A stretch of DNA of 64,000 bases. Source: the human T2T-CHM13v2.0 reference genome, Homo sapiens. Below, in pieces: positions 13,640 to 28,028 of this stretch (positions within the stretch are counted from its first letter, which is position 1; each line of letters starts with the position of its first letter). Location: NCBI RefSeq assembly GCF_009914755.1, contig NC_060936.1. One strand, written 5' to 3'. The notes below the pieces were generated by a model that saw only the letters and a list, made by a program, of their open reading frames with translations, searched no databases and was not told the DNA's origin. The translations under genes were made by a program, and so were the position numbers.

Positions 13640-14347
13640 CTAAACGGTGAAATGATGTCAAAAAGGAGATATTACAGACCAAAAGTAAGGATACTCATTT
13701 ACTTTTCTTGGGCAGCAGTAGATAGGAGACACAATATCTGCAGTTCAAAACATTTCTATCCCCTCTTGATGTCTGTGGATTGCAAATGAGTGTTCTTTAT
13801 TTCGGAGACATTTGACACACAAGAAATGTCCGCTAAAATCATTTTAGTGATATCAGTAATGTAATCTTCTGTTGTAGTGTTAATAATCTAGTGATATGTG
13901 GCATCCTTTGTAAGAGATATTGGATGTCGTGATCATGAGGCATTCCTTTCTTTCTTTTCCAACTAAAAAGATTAATGTTCTTGCAAGATTAAGTTCTTTT
14001 TTTTTTTTTTTTTTTTTGCTTAAAAACATTCAAGGTCTCTCTATAATCTGCAGAATAAAATGTCAAGCCCTCTGCTTACATTTTTGGCTCTTTAAGTTCA
14101 GACCCCATATCCTTCCAGTCTTAACTGAGACTACTTTCTGAAGCCATCCTCTCTCCTTCCCTACCCTTTGGAAAGCTGGCTTCCGGTTGTATGTTCTGTA
14201 GACCTGCAAGTCTCCTGGGCCCTTCTGCCTCTGGGCCTTTGCTTATTTTGTCCCCTCCACCCCAAAAGCTCTTCCCTCTTTTCCCTCTTTGTCACAAACG
14301 TTACATTTTTTAGGTCCTTATTAAAGATCATTTCTATTTCCTCCAAG

Positions 14348-14641
14348 TTTTTTTTTTTTTTTTTTTTTGAGACAGGGTCACACTCTATTGCTAGGCTGGA
14401 GTGAAGTGATGCAATCATGGCTCAACCACAGGGCTCAAGCAATCCTCCCAGCTCAGCCTCCTGAGTAGCTAGGACCACAGGCACATGTCACCATGCCCAG
14501 CTAATTAATTTTTTTTTTTTTTTTGTAGAGACGAGGTCTCATTATGTTGCTGAGGTTGGTCTCAAACTCCTGGGCTCAAGCAACCCTCCACCTCAGCCTC
14601 CTAAAGTGCTGGGATTATAGCCATGAGCCACCGCACCCTGC
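14348..14641 (-). mobile_element. AluJ with small internal deletion
   Basis: Reverse Alu; TSD atttcctccaagtttt on both sides. Confidence 0.93.
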
Positions 14642-14729
14642 TCCCATTTCCTCCAAGTTTTTACTGCTCTTATGAAAGAAAATTTTATCTTTCCTTTTTG
14701 ACCATATATCTCTTACTTCAGATCTCTAA

Positions 14730-14960
14730 TAGCAGAGAGAATGGACTCTGGAATCAAATAGCCTGGTTTAAATTCTAGCTCTACCACTTACTGGCTGGAT
14801 GACTATGGACAAATTATTTGACCTCTTTGAATTATCTGTATAATGGTAATAAATAACAAGACATCTCTCACAGTTTTGTTGTGAGAACTAAATGAAATAA
14901 TGGATATAAATTATTTAGTCAGTGCCTGATACATGCAAATATCAATACAGTCACTATTAT
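14730..14960 (+). mobile_element. MIR
   Basis: tggactctggaatc...ctctaccacttact...ggacaaattatttgacctct...gttgtgagaactaaatga. Confidence 0.75.
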
Positions 14961-15034
14961 TAAAATGTACTATTTTTATTTTTGTACATGTGTGTATTCC
15001 ACATCTGTGTGATTAAAATGAAAGTTTTCTAAAG

Positions 15035-15248
15035 CAGGAGTTGGACAATTTTTTCTGTAAGGATCAGGTAGTAAATATTTCAGGTTTTGCAGGACACATA
15101 TGGTCTCTGTCTCATCTTTTTCTTGTTTGTTTCCTTATTTGTTTGTACAACCCTTTAAACATGTAAAAACCACTCTTAGCTTGAGGGCTAAACAAAATCA
15201 GGCCACAGACCAGATTTGGCACCAGATGGGGTAGTCTGCTGGATCCTG
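15035..15248 (+). mobile_element. MER58-family hAT-Charlie DNA transposon fossil
   Basis: cagg...ttttctgtaagg..caggtagtaaatattt...aaccactcttagc...cctg; degenerate 8-bp TSD ttctaaag / ccttaaag. Confidence 0.75.
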
Positions 15249-15688
15249 CCTTAAAGGCAAGTAGCATGTCTTAGTCGTTTTAACAATAGTACAGTAATTT
15301 ACATATATAAGGCACTGGATAGATAAGTGAGGACATAAATTAATAAAATAATGTATGGAAAACATGGTTAAATGCTAACTGGTTCTCACTGTAAGAATGA
15401 ATCAGAAATGTTTTATATACTGGTATCAATGCTAATGCATTTATGCTACTTAAGTGACGTGACATGAAAAAGCATAAGACAGAAACAACATGCAGATCAT
15501 TCAGAAATCCAAACTCAGTTGCCTAAGTGACTCAGAAGAATGGGCCATACTACAGACACCTTCAGTTACATAGGCTCCACTTCTCAGATTGGGAAAGGAG
15601 TTTTCCTGCTGACTTATTTTGTCCTATTTTAAGGTGGATCAGAGAGTGATTTGAGCAACCAAGGAACATTCTGGAGCCCAAGACTCAC

Positions 15689-15952
15689 ATGTTCTGCCCA
15701 CTGCCATCTTCTGAGCAGACAGTTCACCAGAGACACAGCTGACAGTAACTTGATAAAGTCGACCGGGGACTAACTCTTTAAAGTGAGTTTCAGTAATCCA
15801 AGGTGCTAATACTCTGGATTCCTTGATGGTCCCTTTGTGAGACAGGGTGATATTGTAAGAATCCACATTTCCAGGAGGTCTTTGCCATTTGACTTTTAGA
15901 GAGGTCAAACTGCCATCATTTGTCACCTTCAGATTTGAGACTTCCATGGGGG
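15689..15952 (-). CDS. PTPRB: Exon 7: FN3 domain 4
   Basis: 264 nt, phase 1-1; APMEVSNLKV...LKVKWQRP...ELVPGRLYQVTV; donor |gtgagt. Confidence 0.97.
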
Positions 15953-16612
15953 CTAATCAGGAAAGAACAGAAAGGAGACTTTTACTCAGGATCTCTCACA
16001 AGTCCTATGGCCAAATTTTGACCTGTAATTTTATTTCTGCAAGCCACATTCCTTGCTCTGGAGAAAACAAGCACTTCAAGAGGCAAATATTATCCTCTTC
16101 AGATGGTGAAAAAATAAAAATAAAAAAAGGTTTTAAAGAGGCAAAAAGTAATGTTGTAAAACCAAAGGTAGGCTATATGCCTAGTGGCAAGGCCAAAACC
16201 TTGGCAGGCAGAAGCCTGGATTCTGGTTCAGACTGGGCCATTAGTCAGCTGGGAAACTCTGGACAGCTCTTTCTAGTTCACTGAGCCTTATGGTGTTTCT
16301 TATTGGCAAATGAGGCTAGGTCAAAGACCTACAATGGTCCTTTCCAGTTCAGAAATTCTTTAAGTGGAATGCACAAAAAGGTCTGCCATCTGCCTCATTT
16401 CTTATCGCCTTTATATATTAATATTCAATAATATTGAGTACATAGTAAATAGATCGATCAATTGATTGATTACAAAATTTTATGTGATAAAACTACTTTA
16501 ATTTTTATATTAAATCATGATAAAGTTAATGAGTTGTGTTACTACTTCATCAGAGGAAAATGATTAAAAAGGAGATACCCTTTGGTGAATACTCTTTCTA
16601 GAATATAAATTA

Positions 16613-17055
<443 letters not shown>

Positions 17056-17873
17056 CTACATATATTTGAGGTGTGTTATAAAAGGTATGTAAATGTACTG
17101 GTGTCCTCAAATATCTTTCCCACCAGCCTCCCATAGTTCCAGAAACTAATGTCTAAGGCACTACATATATTAGAGTTTCTCTTAAAATTAGATAACTTAC
17201 CAAGAGAGGAGATTTAATTCACACATTAGACTTGCTAGAAGCATTAGATTCTACTAAAATGTAAGCGCTGTGAGGGCAAAGACTTTGTCTCTCTTGGATA
17301 TTATATCAGCAATGCCCAGCATCTAGCTTACATTCAATAACTATTGGCTGAATGAATGAAAGTTTGTATAAATTACTCATTAATACTTAGCATAGATTCA
17401 TTTATTAGTCTAGGGTAGGCTGTGGGAGTAGGTCCTGTGGTATTGGGTCCCAGGTCATATGGTTAGATAGAAAATTTTGGAAATGACTGTCACACAGGAG
17501 TAGGGTATGTATAGCATGGAGAAAGTAACTCTGGTTCACTGTGAGTGATGTCATAAAGACAGCAGTTGCCTGTTTAAGAAAAGGAAGTAGGAATCCTTAG
17601 CAAGGAGATAGAGTATTAAAAAGAGAAGAAGAGAAGCTAGGTCCATATCAGTAATTAACTTTGCCTACTTCAAAATGTTGCCAAGGGCTAGCCTAAACTT
17701 TAGAATAAAAGAGAATCCTTCTTTTTCTGAGTAGAAAAGTGGATATGGGTCTTCTATACCTTATAAGAATTTCAATTTGTCCTATATTACAGTTATTCAT
17801 ATAATAAACTTGACTTATTAAACATTCCCTTGATTTCACTTTATTCTTCTTCAGCTAGCTAGGGGGAACTTAC

Positions 17874-18131
17874 CTGTCCTGACTAGTTTCCACCTGTAGT
17901 TTTGCAGCCCTGCAGCCTCAGTCATAACAGTGAGGTTGTAGAGGTAGCCAGGGGTCAGCCCGTGAAAAGCATAGGAAGTAGCATGTTTGTCCACAACACC
18001 GCCATGAACTAGGATCCCTTTATCCATTAGCATCAGCCGGTATCGTTCCACATTCCCAGAACCATGGGACCAGGAAATCAGGAGAGAATTGGCTTTTGTG
18101 GAAATACCAATATCTTTCACTGGAGATGGCA
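17874..18131 (-). CDS. PTPRB: Exon 6: FN3 domain 3
   Basis: 258 nt, phase 1-1; VPSPVKDIG...LLISWSH...GLTPGYLYNLTV; donor |gtaagt. Confidence 0.97.
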
Positions 18132-18484
18132 CTAGTGGGATAAAATGCATGTCCAAATGTCATTAATAATTCCCTTATAGGAGACATAGACACATTTAAT
18201 TAGAAGTCACATATTCATTTGTGTTCCTCTGTACATCTTAACTTGATAATAGCATTAGTAAATAACAGGATTCTGGAAATTTCACTGGAACTTTGATTAG
18301 TGCTCTTTTCAAAGTCTGCAGCCTCAAGTTACATCATAATTTACTTGTCTGCCTCCCCCACTTAATAGGTATTAAGGTGGCTTTTGCCAGTGAAGTATAT
18401 AACATTGCACAGCAGTAAGTAGAAGAGAGAAAGGAAAGAACTATAGAAGATGAAAAATGGAGAGGAAGATTTAAAAAAGAGAGG

Positions 18485-18885
18485 GAAAATGTGGCACATA
18501 TACACCATGGAATACTAGGCAGCCATAAAAAAGGACGAGTTCATGTCCTTTGCAGGGACATGGATGAAGCTGGAAACCATCATTTTCAGCAAACTAACAC
18601 AGGAACAGAAAACCAAACACTGCATGTTCTCACTCATAAGTGGGAGCTGAACAATGAGAACACATGGACACAGGGAGGGGAACATCACACACGGGGACCT
18701 GTTGGGGGGTGAGGGGGATAAGGAAGGGATAGCATTAGGAAAAATATCTAATGTAGATGATGGGTTGATAGGTGCAGCAAACCACCATGGCACGTGTATA
18801 CCTATGTAACAAACCTGCATGTTCTGCACATGTATCCCAGAACTTAAAGTATAAATATCCCAGAACTTAAAGTATAATAAAAAAA
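18485..18885 (+). mobile_element. 5'-truncated L1PA 3' end
   Basis: gaaaatgtggcacatatacaccatggaatact...cctgcatgttctgcacatgtatcccagaacttaaagtataa. Confidence 0.95.
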
Positions 18886-19455
18886 TTTAAGAAGAGAGAA
18901 AATGAGGGGAGAGCAAATGACATGAAAGACATGTACTTTATGGAAGGAGGTAGTGATGTGCCATGTATATCATAATATGTGGGTGCACAGATGCCTTATT
19001 TTTCACCACATTGGAGAAACAAAGACTTGTTTCAAACATAGGAATAGTTAGGAAACATTATGACTTGATGTTATGAGAAGAGTATACAAAGAATAAAAAC
19101 ATCTAAAAAATAAGTTTTATGGCACAAACTTAGAAAATGGGGCAGAAAGTCTTGTTGCTTTGGATTTGAGTTAGAAGGGCCATTAGGGAGTATCCATTCC
19201 AAGTTGGAGAAAACTCCAATTCCACAGAAGTCCCATGACTTCTTCAAAACCACTCAACAAGTTACCAGCATAGCCACGCATCCTATTTTCAGTCCAGTCT
19301 GTCCACTGTATCCCACAAGCTCCTTTTAAAAATTTAACTAATTGCTAATTAATTAACTTTGCTCTGGAGTAGCAATCTTACTCCTATTCCTTGAATAAAG
19401 TATAACTTGAAAAGTATCCTATTAACTACTCAGCTATAAAATAAACAGGTCTTAC

Positions 19456-19734
19456 CTGTTGATCCATTGGTATAAACTGAAAAAGAACGTTTTCCTCCAG
19501 AAACAGCTGTGATGGCAATATTGTATTTACTACCAGCAGTGAGATTGAAAAAAGTGTATTCATTCCATGAAGTACTTTCTTGAATTTGAACCCCCTGTAT
19601 CTTTTGGTTATTTTCATCAAATAATTGCACCTCATATGAGGTGACTTTTCCGGAAGAAGGAGTCCACCAAACATGCAAGCTGGTTGAAGTCGTCTTCTCT
19701 TTACTGACTCCAAACCTAGCAGGAGGTAAAGGAT
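19456..19734 (-). CDS. PTPRB: Exon 5: FN3 domain 2
   Basis: 279 nt, phase 1-1; DPLPPARFGVSKEK...SLHVWWTP...NLTAGSKYNIAITAVS; donor |gtaaga. Confidence 0.97.
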
Positions 19735-19748
19735 CTGCAAGGCAAATA

Positions 19749-19794
19749 CACACACACACACAAAAAAAAAAAAGAAAGAAAAAGAAAAAAAAAG
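19749..19794 (+). repeat. (CA)7 plus A-rich run, i.e. T-tract + (TG)7 at the exon 5 acceptor
   Basis: Read directly from the sequence. Confidence 0.9.
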
Positions 19795-20303
19795 AACATG
19801 GCTTGAAGACTTTTGCAAATAACTGCTTATTTTACTGCAGTCCAGGTTCATTTTTCTCAAAAATCTGTTATTTGTGAAATAAATTGCCATTTTGCTTCAC
19901 TTCCAAACCTACCCTTTCACTTTCTTAAAAAAAAAAAAACCCATTTAGCTACTAGTCATATGAATTCCTTTTTCTACTGAAACTTTTTTTGTTGTTGTTA
20001 AGGTAGCTCTGATCTTGAAAGTCCAAGCAAAGTTATATTTTCTTTGGCTTGCAGTTTAGCAACTTTTTCAAACATTGACAAACATCCAGGTTATGCCTGG
20101 ATAAATACTGAAGATCTCAACAGAAAATCTAGATATTAAGAAATAATTTGAAATATACACTGAACTTCTTCCTAGGTTGTAGATTGTTGGTGTCTAGTAT
20201 ATGTAACTTTGGGTGGTTTTTAGATATTAGACAACCACAAAAGATACACATCTGATTATAAACCTAGGATAGGGTTGCTTACCAAAATGGATTCTCCCAG
20301 TAG

Positions 20304-20628
<325 letters not shown>

Positions 20629-21554
20629 CCCTATATCCCTAGGTTTTTAAAATCTCAATTTTGGGGCACTTTGGTGCTGCCAGAGCACCCAGAGTAAGTG
20701 GGAATGGGCAAATCTTGCACCCAGCTGTTCACCTTATTTCAACTCTCAAAGCCAAGGATCAGTTTGAGAAGTCCTGCTTTGCCTATGTTGAATCTCCACC
20801 ATTGAACTTGAATAGAATAAAAAGCATATCAGGATTAGGAACTAAGTCAATGATATTTAGTGAGCAGCCATTCTTTTGGTACAGTGGGGAGTAAAGTCTA
20901 AGAAATAAGGGGCTGCCCCTACCCTGAGTGCTGAGAGTAGAACTATTGAGAGACCTCTTTATGAGAAATTTTCAGAAATCCAACATGGTTCTTGGTCTAG
21001 AAAGTGGGATCAAGATATTGGAGACCAATATTGAAGGGTCAGGTCAGATATTATAATGGCATGGCTATAGAAACTTCACTACTTCCTGGTAGACTATATT
21101 GTGTTCACAATATAACACCAGGAATTCTAGACCTTATTAGAAGATATAACCTTCTTATATGTTTTAAGATGATATTCACTTGTAATTTACATATAAAAGA
21201 AATAAGATAGCCTTACTCTATATTCAAAAGGCAGTTATAAACAGACAACTCATAAGACTATGTATGGCTGACCAATAGACACCATAGGCTTAATAGAGCC
21301 TATGAAATCTAATGTTTCTATGTTTTATGCTATGATTTATGCTAAGTACATCATATTGCAAAATTATATATGCCACATTTATAACATCAATAATTAATAA
21401 TAACATAAATGTTAGCTGACAAGCAAGCTGAGGCAGCAGTAACTATGACAAAAATTAACAGAGTGCCCGAAACACAGGTGAGCTTGGAAGACAAGGTTGC
21501 ATGGTTCACACCACAGCACAGCCCTTTGGTTCACCTGAAGAACATATGTTCTAG

Positions 21555-21990
21555 GGTTTGACAGCCCGGGCTTGAATTGGGCTCTCCTATTTGTAGCTGT
21601 GTGCTTTGGGCAATTCCTTAACCTCCCTGTGCCTCAGTTTCTCATTTATGCAATCCTGATAATAATATCTTTTTAGTAGAATTGTTATGAAGATTACATT
21701 GAATATTATATAAAAAGTAGTTAGAACTGTATCTGGCACGTAGTAAGTACTCAGTGTTAGCTGTTATTATTTTTATTATTCCTATAATTAGGTGAAAATA
21801 TTGCCACAGAAGCAGTGAAATGTAATGGCAGACAGCATGGGCTTTGGAGTCAGAATTAAATTTAAATCTCAGCTCTAACAAAGTCATGAGACTTTGGGCA
21901 AGCTATTTAACCTGTCTAAGCCTCCACTTTCCTATCTGTCTGGGGAGTATAATAATAATACTTATATTCCAAGGCAGTTTTGAAAAGTAA
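21555..21990 (+). mobile_element. Two tandem MIR copies
   Basis: ttgggcaattccttaacctccctgtgcctcagtttctcat and actttgggcaagctatttaacctgtctaagcctc cores. Confidence 0.75.
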
Positions 21991-23232
21991 CAAGATATAG
22001 AGGAGTCTATGAGATTCTAATAGCCAGTGAAACTCAAGAACAATGCTGTCGTACCCAATTGAGATGACATACTTTTGCTGAAGTGGCATTTTAAGGACAA
22101 GGATGAGAGGGACAGCTGCTTCCAGTGATAGTTCAAAAGGGATCAATACTATCATCTACATGTACTATCAAGCCAGATAAAAATTTTAAAAAATAATGTC
22201 ATGATCAGTAGAATCCAAACATATATAATCCACAAAATATGAGATATAGAAATAAATTTTAAGGTTGCGTGTCTAGAGGGTGAAGTTCAGAAATGCAGAC
22301 TTTATCTAATCTTTCTGAGCCAGAAAACAAAACAGTCAATCCTTTGTACATCCGCTAGAACAAAGGAACAATGAGACTGGGAAGTGCCTGGGCTGCGAGA
22401 ACCTGCACTGGAAACAAACACTTAAAACCCCATTTATACTGTGATAAAGCCCTTTGCTGGCAGTTGTCCACTATTGCTATGCATGCTGCAGAAACTAAAT
22501 AGTTTTCAGACTCCCTTTAAATCTAAGCCCAATAAAAACTCTGATGGATTTAAAAAGTTTTCAAAATTTTATTAGATACTTCTATCAGGGGTGCACATTT
22601 CATATAATATGACTGTGTGTGTATGTATTAAATATATGTATATAGATATATATATGGAGAAAGAGAAAATTTTTAATGCTACTTGAAAATTTAGTCATGT
22701 ACCTATAGTCTTCTGATCATATGACAGATCGTACATAATTAGGAAATCCTACTTGACTTATATAATTTATGTGAATGGTTAAAGGTATCAATGCACAGAT
22801 GTGTGCATTTATAGCCTCTGGTTTTTCCAATCATCACACTCATACGCATAGTAACCAGTGAAGTATTATAAAATATGAGAACTAATAATAAATCAAATCA
22901 AAAAATAATAAATCAAAGCTTTAGTCTTGATTAATATATCAATATTTATCATTAGCCATAAATTTAGAGCACTTTGTAATTCTTGGTTCCCAACAGACCT
23001 GAAATATGGAATGACAAATGCATAGTCAAAATGAATAACAACAGTAAGTTCTATAATATTCATTGTATATACTTGAATAAATCTACCAGCACCAGAAAGC
23101 CCCAGAGTTCCATAAGCAGGCTTGACGTCAACACAATTTTTCTTTTCTCAAAAGAAAAGACAAAGTATGGCAAAATTCCTGAACCAAAATGAATTCTTTT
23201 TTCCTTTTCTTTTTTTTAAATGTGACTTAGGA

Positions 23233-23403
23233 AGCCAAGTGTGATGATGTGTGCCCTTAGTTCCAGTTACTCAGGAGGCTGAGGCAGGAGGGTTGCTTGG
23301 GTCCAGGTATTGGAGGCTATAGTGCATCATAATAGTGCCTGTGAATAGCTACTGCACTTCAGCCTGGGCAACATAGAAAGACCCTGTTTTTTTTTTTTTT
23401 TTT
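23233..23403 (+). mobile_element. FAM-like (7SL-derived fossil Alu monomer)
   Basis: Monomer that keeps the 7SL-type segment gcctgtgaatagctactgcact; ends in a T-run. Confidence 0.8.
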
Positions 23404-24115
23404 AATGTTATTTAGAAAGAGAAAGAAAGCTATATTTATAGCACAAATGATATTTGCTTCTTAATTGTTTTTGTGACAGCATGGTCATTAAAACATTAGT
23501 ATTTATTGATATAGAAATGTCTAGACTCTTTAGAATTAGAAGTGATTGTATTTGCTATAGAAATAAATTCAACCTTATAACAAAAAGGGCAGCCAATCCA
23601 TGAGTTGGTGCCAAAAGCTTTTCTTAAAGGCACGACAGCACCACATTACATCTGTATAGGACCTGATAATCTACAACATGCTTTCTCAGTTGGAATAGGG
23701 GCTCAGAGACATTAAATGACTCACTCGTGTTGTATAGGAACAGGTAGTAAAGTTGAGCTTCCAATACCTGTCTCTAAATCCTGTTTTCTCTCTATCACAC
23801 CTTAGCTGTCCTAGTGTGGGAAATGATGTCATGAATTGCATATTCAGTGTAATGACAAAAAATAAAAATAGATGTCTACGGAAAATGATAGGCATATTTA
23901 TAGAATTTTTCAGATGTTGGTTTGCTACTGTAGCATAGTCAAAATGAGTAACAACAGTAGTAACAGCTAAATCTAATTCTGTGAGCATGAAAGTTCCCTT
24001 TTCGAAAATAATATTTTTCTTGCCTGTTCCCTTTTTTCCTTATTTTATTGCCTTTACCTGGAGTCCCTTCATTTTGTGTTGGATTACTTTGAAAGCCTTC
24101 TAAGTGTCTTCCTTA

Positions 24116-24711
<596 letters not shown>

Positions 24712-25182
24712 TCTTCCTTATTTTCCGTCTTTCCTCCATGATTGCCAAATAATCTCTTTGTACATCTGCCCCATCTGTCATCTTCATTCCCCTTGAAGCA
24801 TCAAAAACTTTTCATGAGTTTCTATTTCAGGATAAAGTCTAAGTTTCTTTCTAGGCACTTGAGTTCTTCTCAAACTGGATTTTATCCCTGCCTCCCAACC
24901 AAACAACAGCATCTTTACAGAAATTGGGATACCAATCTAGTAACAAGCAGAGTGGTGAGGAGACTTGATTGGAACTGCATTTATGTAGCATTTTATGTAA
25001 AATGGAGTAAACATCCACTATTCATATGAAATAATTGGAGGATTACTTGTAAAAATCAGGGTGGGATGGGGCAAAAAACCAAACCATCCTTTGGTGCAGG
25101 TTTTTGAAAATGAGAAGAAAAACAAAACGGAAAAGAATTGTGCACAACCTCCAGTTAATTAAATACATTTCTAGAGAGGTAA

Positions 25183-25505
25183 TTTCTTTTTTTCTTTTTT
25201 CTTTTTTTTTTTTTTTTTTTGAGATGGAGTCTCACTCTGTCACCCAGGCTGGAGTGCAGTGGCATGATCTTGGCTCACTGCAAGCTCCGCCTCCCAGGTC
25301 CTGCCATTCCCCTGCCTCAGCCTCCCGAGTAGCTGGGACTACAGGCGCCCGCCACCACGCCCGGCTAAGTTTTTTTTTTGTATTTTTAGTAGAGACGGGG
25401 TTTCACCGTGTTAGCCAGGATGGTCTTGATCTCCTGATGTTGTGATCTGCCCACCTCGGCCTCCCAAAGTGCTGGGATTACAGGCGTGAGCCACCGCATC
25501 TAGCT
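25183..25505 (-). mobile_element. AluY-like, full length
   Basis: caagctccgcctccc, gccattc and gttagccaggatggt diagnostics; CpG-rich; TSD gagaggtaatttctt / gagagataatttctt. Confidence 0.93.
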
Positions 25506-25959
25506 GAGAGATAATTTCTTTTACTTTGTTATTATTGCTGTTTGACAATAGTCAGTTTTCTGGCTTACTTTAAAGATGATGCATTAAATTATGCTAATAC
25601 ATCAGGTTGCTGTGCATTTAATGTAACATCTGTATACACTAGATCTAAAATTAGAAGCTCACTTTTAGTGAATATTAGAGAACCATGTCAGCACTGAGGG
25701 CACCCAGACAACTTAACAAGACTAATGCACCCTCATCCCCATGATATTCTTCAGTAGTTCCAGCCCAATTATTTAATATCAATAACTGAGGCTTTTTCAA
25801 TATTATCTAAAATGCTGTATAAATGCAATATACAGAGAAGTCCCCTGGACCCCTCTTCTAATCAGATTGCTGTCCAAAAGCCTTCTTATGTAGAAATTCA
25901 TGAGCTGTCACTTGATATGTACTTCTAAACCTGGACATCTAGGCATTAAGGCATTATTG

Positions 25960-26210
25960 TTAATGTTAGATGTGATAATTATATTGTGGTTATTACTCAG
26001 AGATGTAGACTGAAATATTTACAAGTGAAATGAAATAATCACGACTTGGATTGTATCAAAATGATGTGCAGTGGGGGAGTGGGTGGGGATATAGATGAAA
26101 CAAGGTTGGCCATAAATTGGTAATTATTGAAGGAAGGTGATGAGTACATGGTAGTTCATTATACTATCCTTTTTTACCCTTTTAGGTACTGAGTTTTTCC
26201 ATATAAAAGG
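25960..26210 (+). mobile_element. Old L1M (MC/ME) 3' end
   Basis: ggggatatagatgaaacaaggttggccat...ggtgatgagtacatgg..gttcattatactat. Confidence 0.7.
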
Positions 26211-26919
26211 AAGAAAACACAATATCAAAAACAAAAATCCCTGCAAACCTAGATATATACTTACTGTGTTCATTTTAGTTTCATATTATATGTTTAGGGG
26301 TATATGCATCTTAATTTATACACATTCATACATATAGAATGGGATTTGTTTCTCCTACCAGGTCAGAAAAATCTAATATTATCTTTTATTCCCAGGGGGA
26401 TTCCAGCAAACTGGCATCTAGGAATGGAAGGCAAACAGTTTTCCTTTGTTTTTTTTTTGTTTGTTTTTTTCATTCTGTCCAGACAAATTAGATTTTATTT
26501 CTTCCTAGCTAATGTGTAAAGTGCCATGCCTACCAACAGAAGTCAGACTAATAGAGAAATATTTCTAGGCACATAAAGGAAGACCAATTTCAGAGAACTG
26601 GGCTGGTTCATTCCATATAGGTAGCTCAGCTTGACCTTAAAATTCCTGAAATAAATGAACTGTAAATGGCTGATTACAAAATACTGAAGTCATCACCAAA
26701 AGTTCAACACAATCAGAGATCAATAGTGACTCGCAATTGCTTCACACTAAAACATATTTAACCATTATTCTATTTTTGTGTATGCTAAGTATATATATAT
26801 TTAAAAGATTTTATAAGATATTTGGTCCTCTTTAAAAGGACTTGACTTTGAAAAATAATAAAATAACACGTGGTAATTTGAAAAAGCTAATGCCAACTTA
26901 AAAATAATATACTTTTCGC

Positions 26920-27340
26920 AGAGTAGTGGAAAGAATACTGGAGTTGGAGCCAGTAAACCAGAGTTCAAGTTCTGACTCTATTGTATGTTAGCTGTGTGAA
27001 TTCGTAAACATTGTCAGTTAATTCTTATGAAGACCAATCTCATCTCCAACCTGGAAGTAATAATAGGAAACTCACTACACACTTCATATGTGACAAAAGC
27101 TTTTCTAGATTTGATGTATGAACCAATGAAAACCTCATAACAACCCCATGAGTTATTGTTATACTATCCCCATTTTGTAGGTTTGGAAACAGACCTGGAA
27201 GTGTTAAATAACTTGCCCAAAATAACGTGGCTAGTAAGCGGTAGAGGCAGTCTACCTTCAAAACTCAACTCTTAGTCTCTATGCAAACTGCCCTTTCACA
27301 ATACCCCCTCCACAGGGTTGCCATGAGAATAAAATTAGGC
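26920..27340. mobile_element. MIR fragments in both orientations
   Basis: ccccattttgtag...ggaaacaga...gttaaataacttgcccaa core (minus strand) between plus-strand MIR pieces. Confidence 0.65.
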
Positions 27341-27430
27341 TATAGATGGTCAGTATAATATGTATTTCATACTGTTACCAATTAAACATAATATGTGGTA
27401 GTCTTTTATATGCTATAAAAGCACAAAACA

Positions 27431-27701
<271 letters not shown>

Positions 27702-27824
27702 CTAGAGTACTCTTCTCTTCCTGGGAAAGATAATAAATACTCCTAGGCATTATAGATTTGATCATGCATTAAGAAGAATTGTATCAAAATCTTAATGCCA
27801 ACAAATAATAGAAAAATTATGTCA

Positions 27825-28000
27825 ATAGTTCTTAAACTTGTGTGCATCGATTCACTCTGATATTTGTTTAAAATGCAGATTCCCTCAGCTCTATTCCTTC
27901 TAAATTCTAATTCTTTCCATGTGGGGTAGAAACCAAGAATATGTTTTCATAACCAGCTCTGCAAGATATTTCGATGCAGGTAACCTACAGATATTAAGAA
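27825..28000. mobile_element. MER5-like hAT-Charlie fossil
   Basis: atagttcttaaactt...aaaatgcagattcc...ccaagaatatgtttt...ttaagaa. Confidence 0.55.
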
Positions 28001-28028
28001 ATGATGGCTTATGTTTAAAACTATAGAA

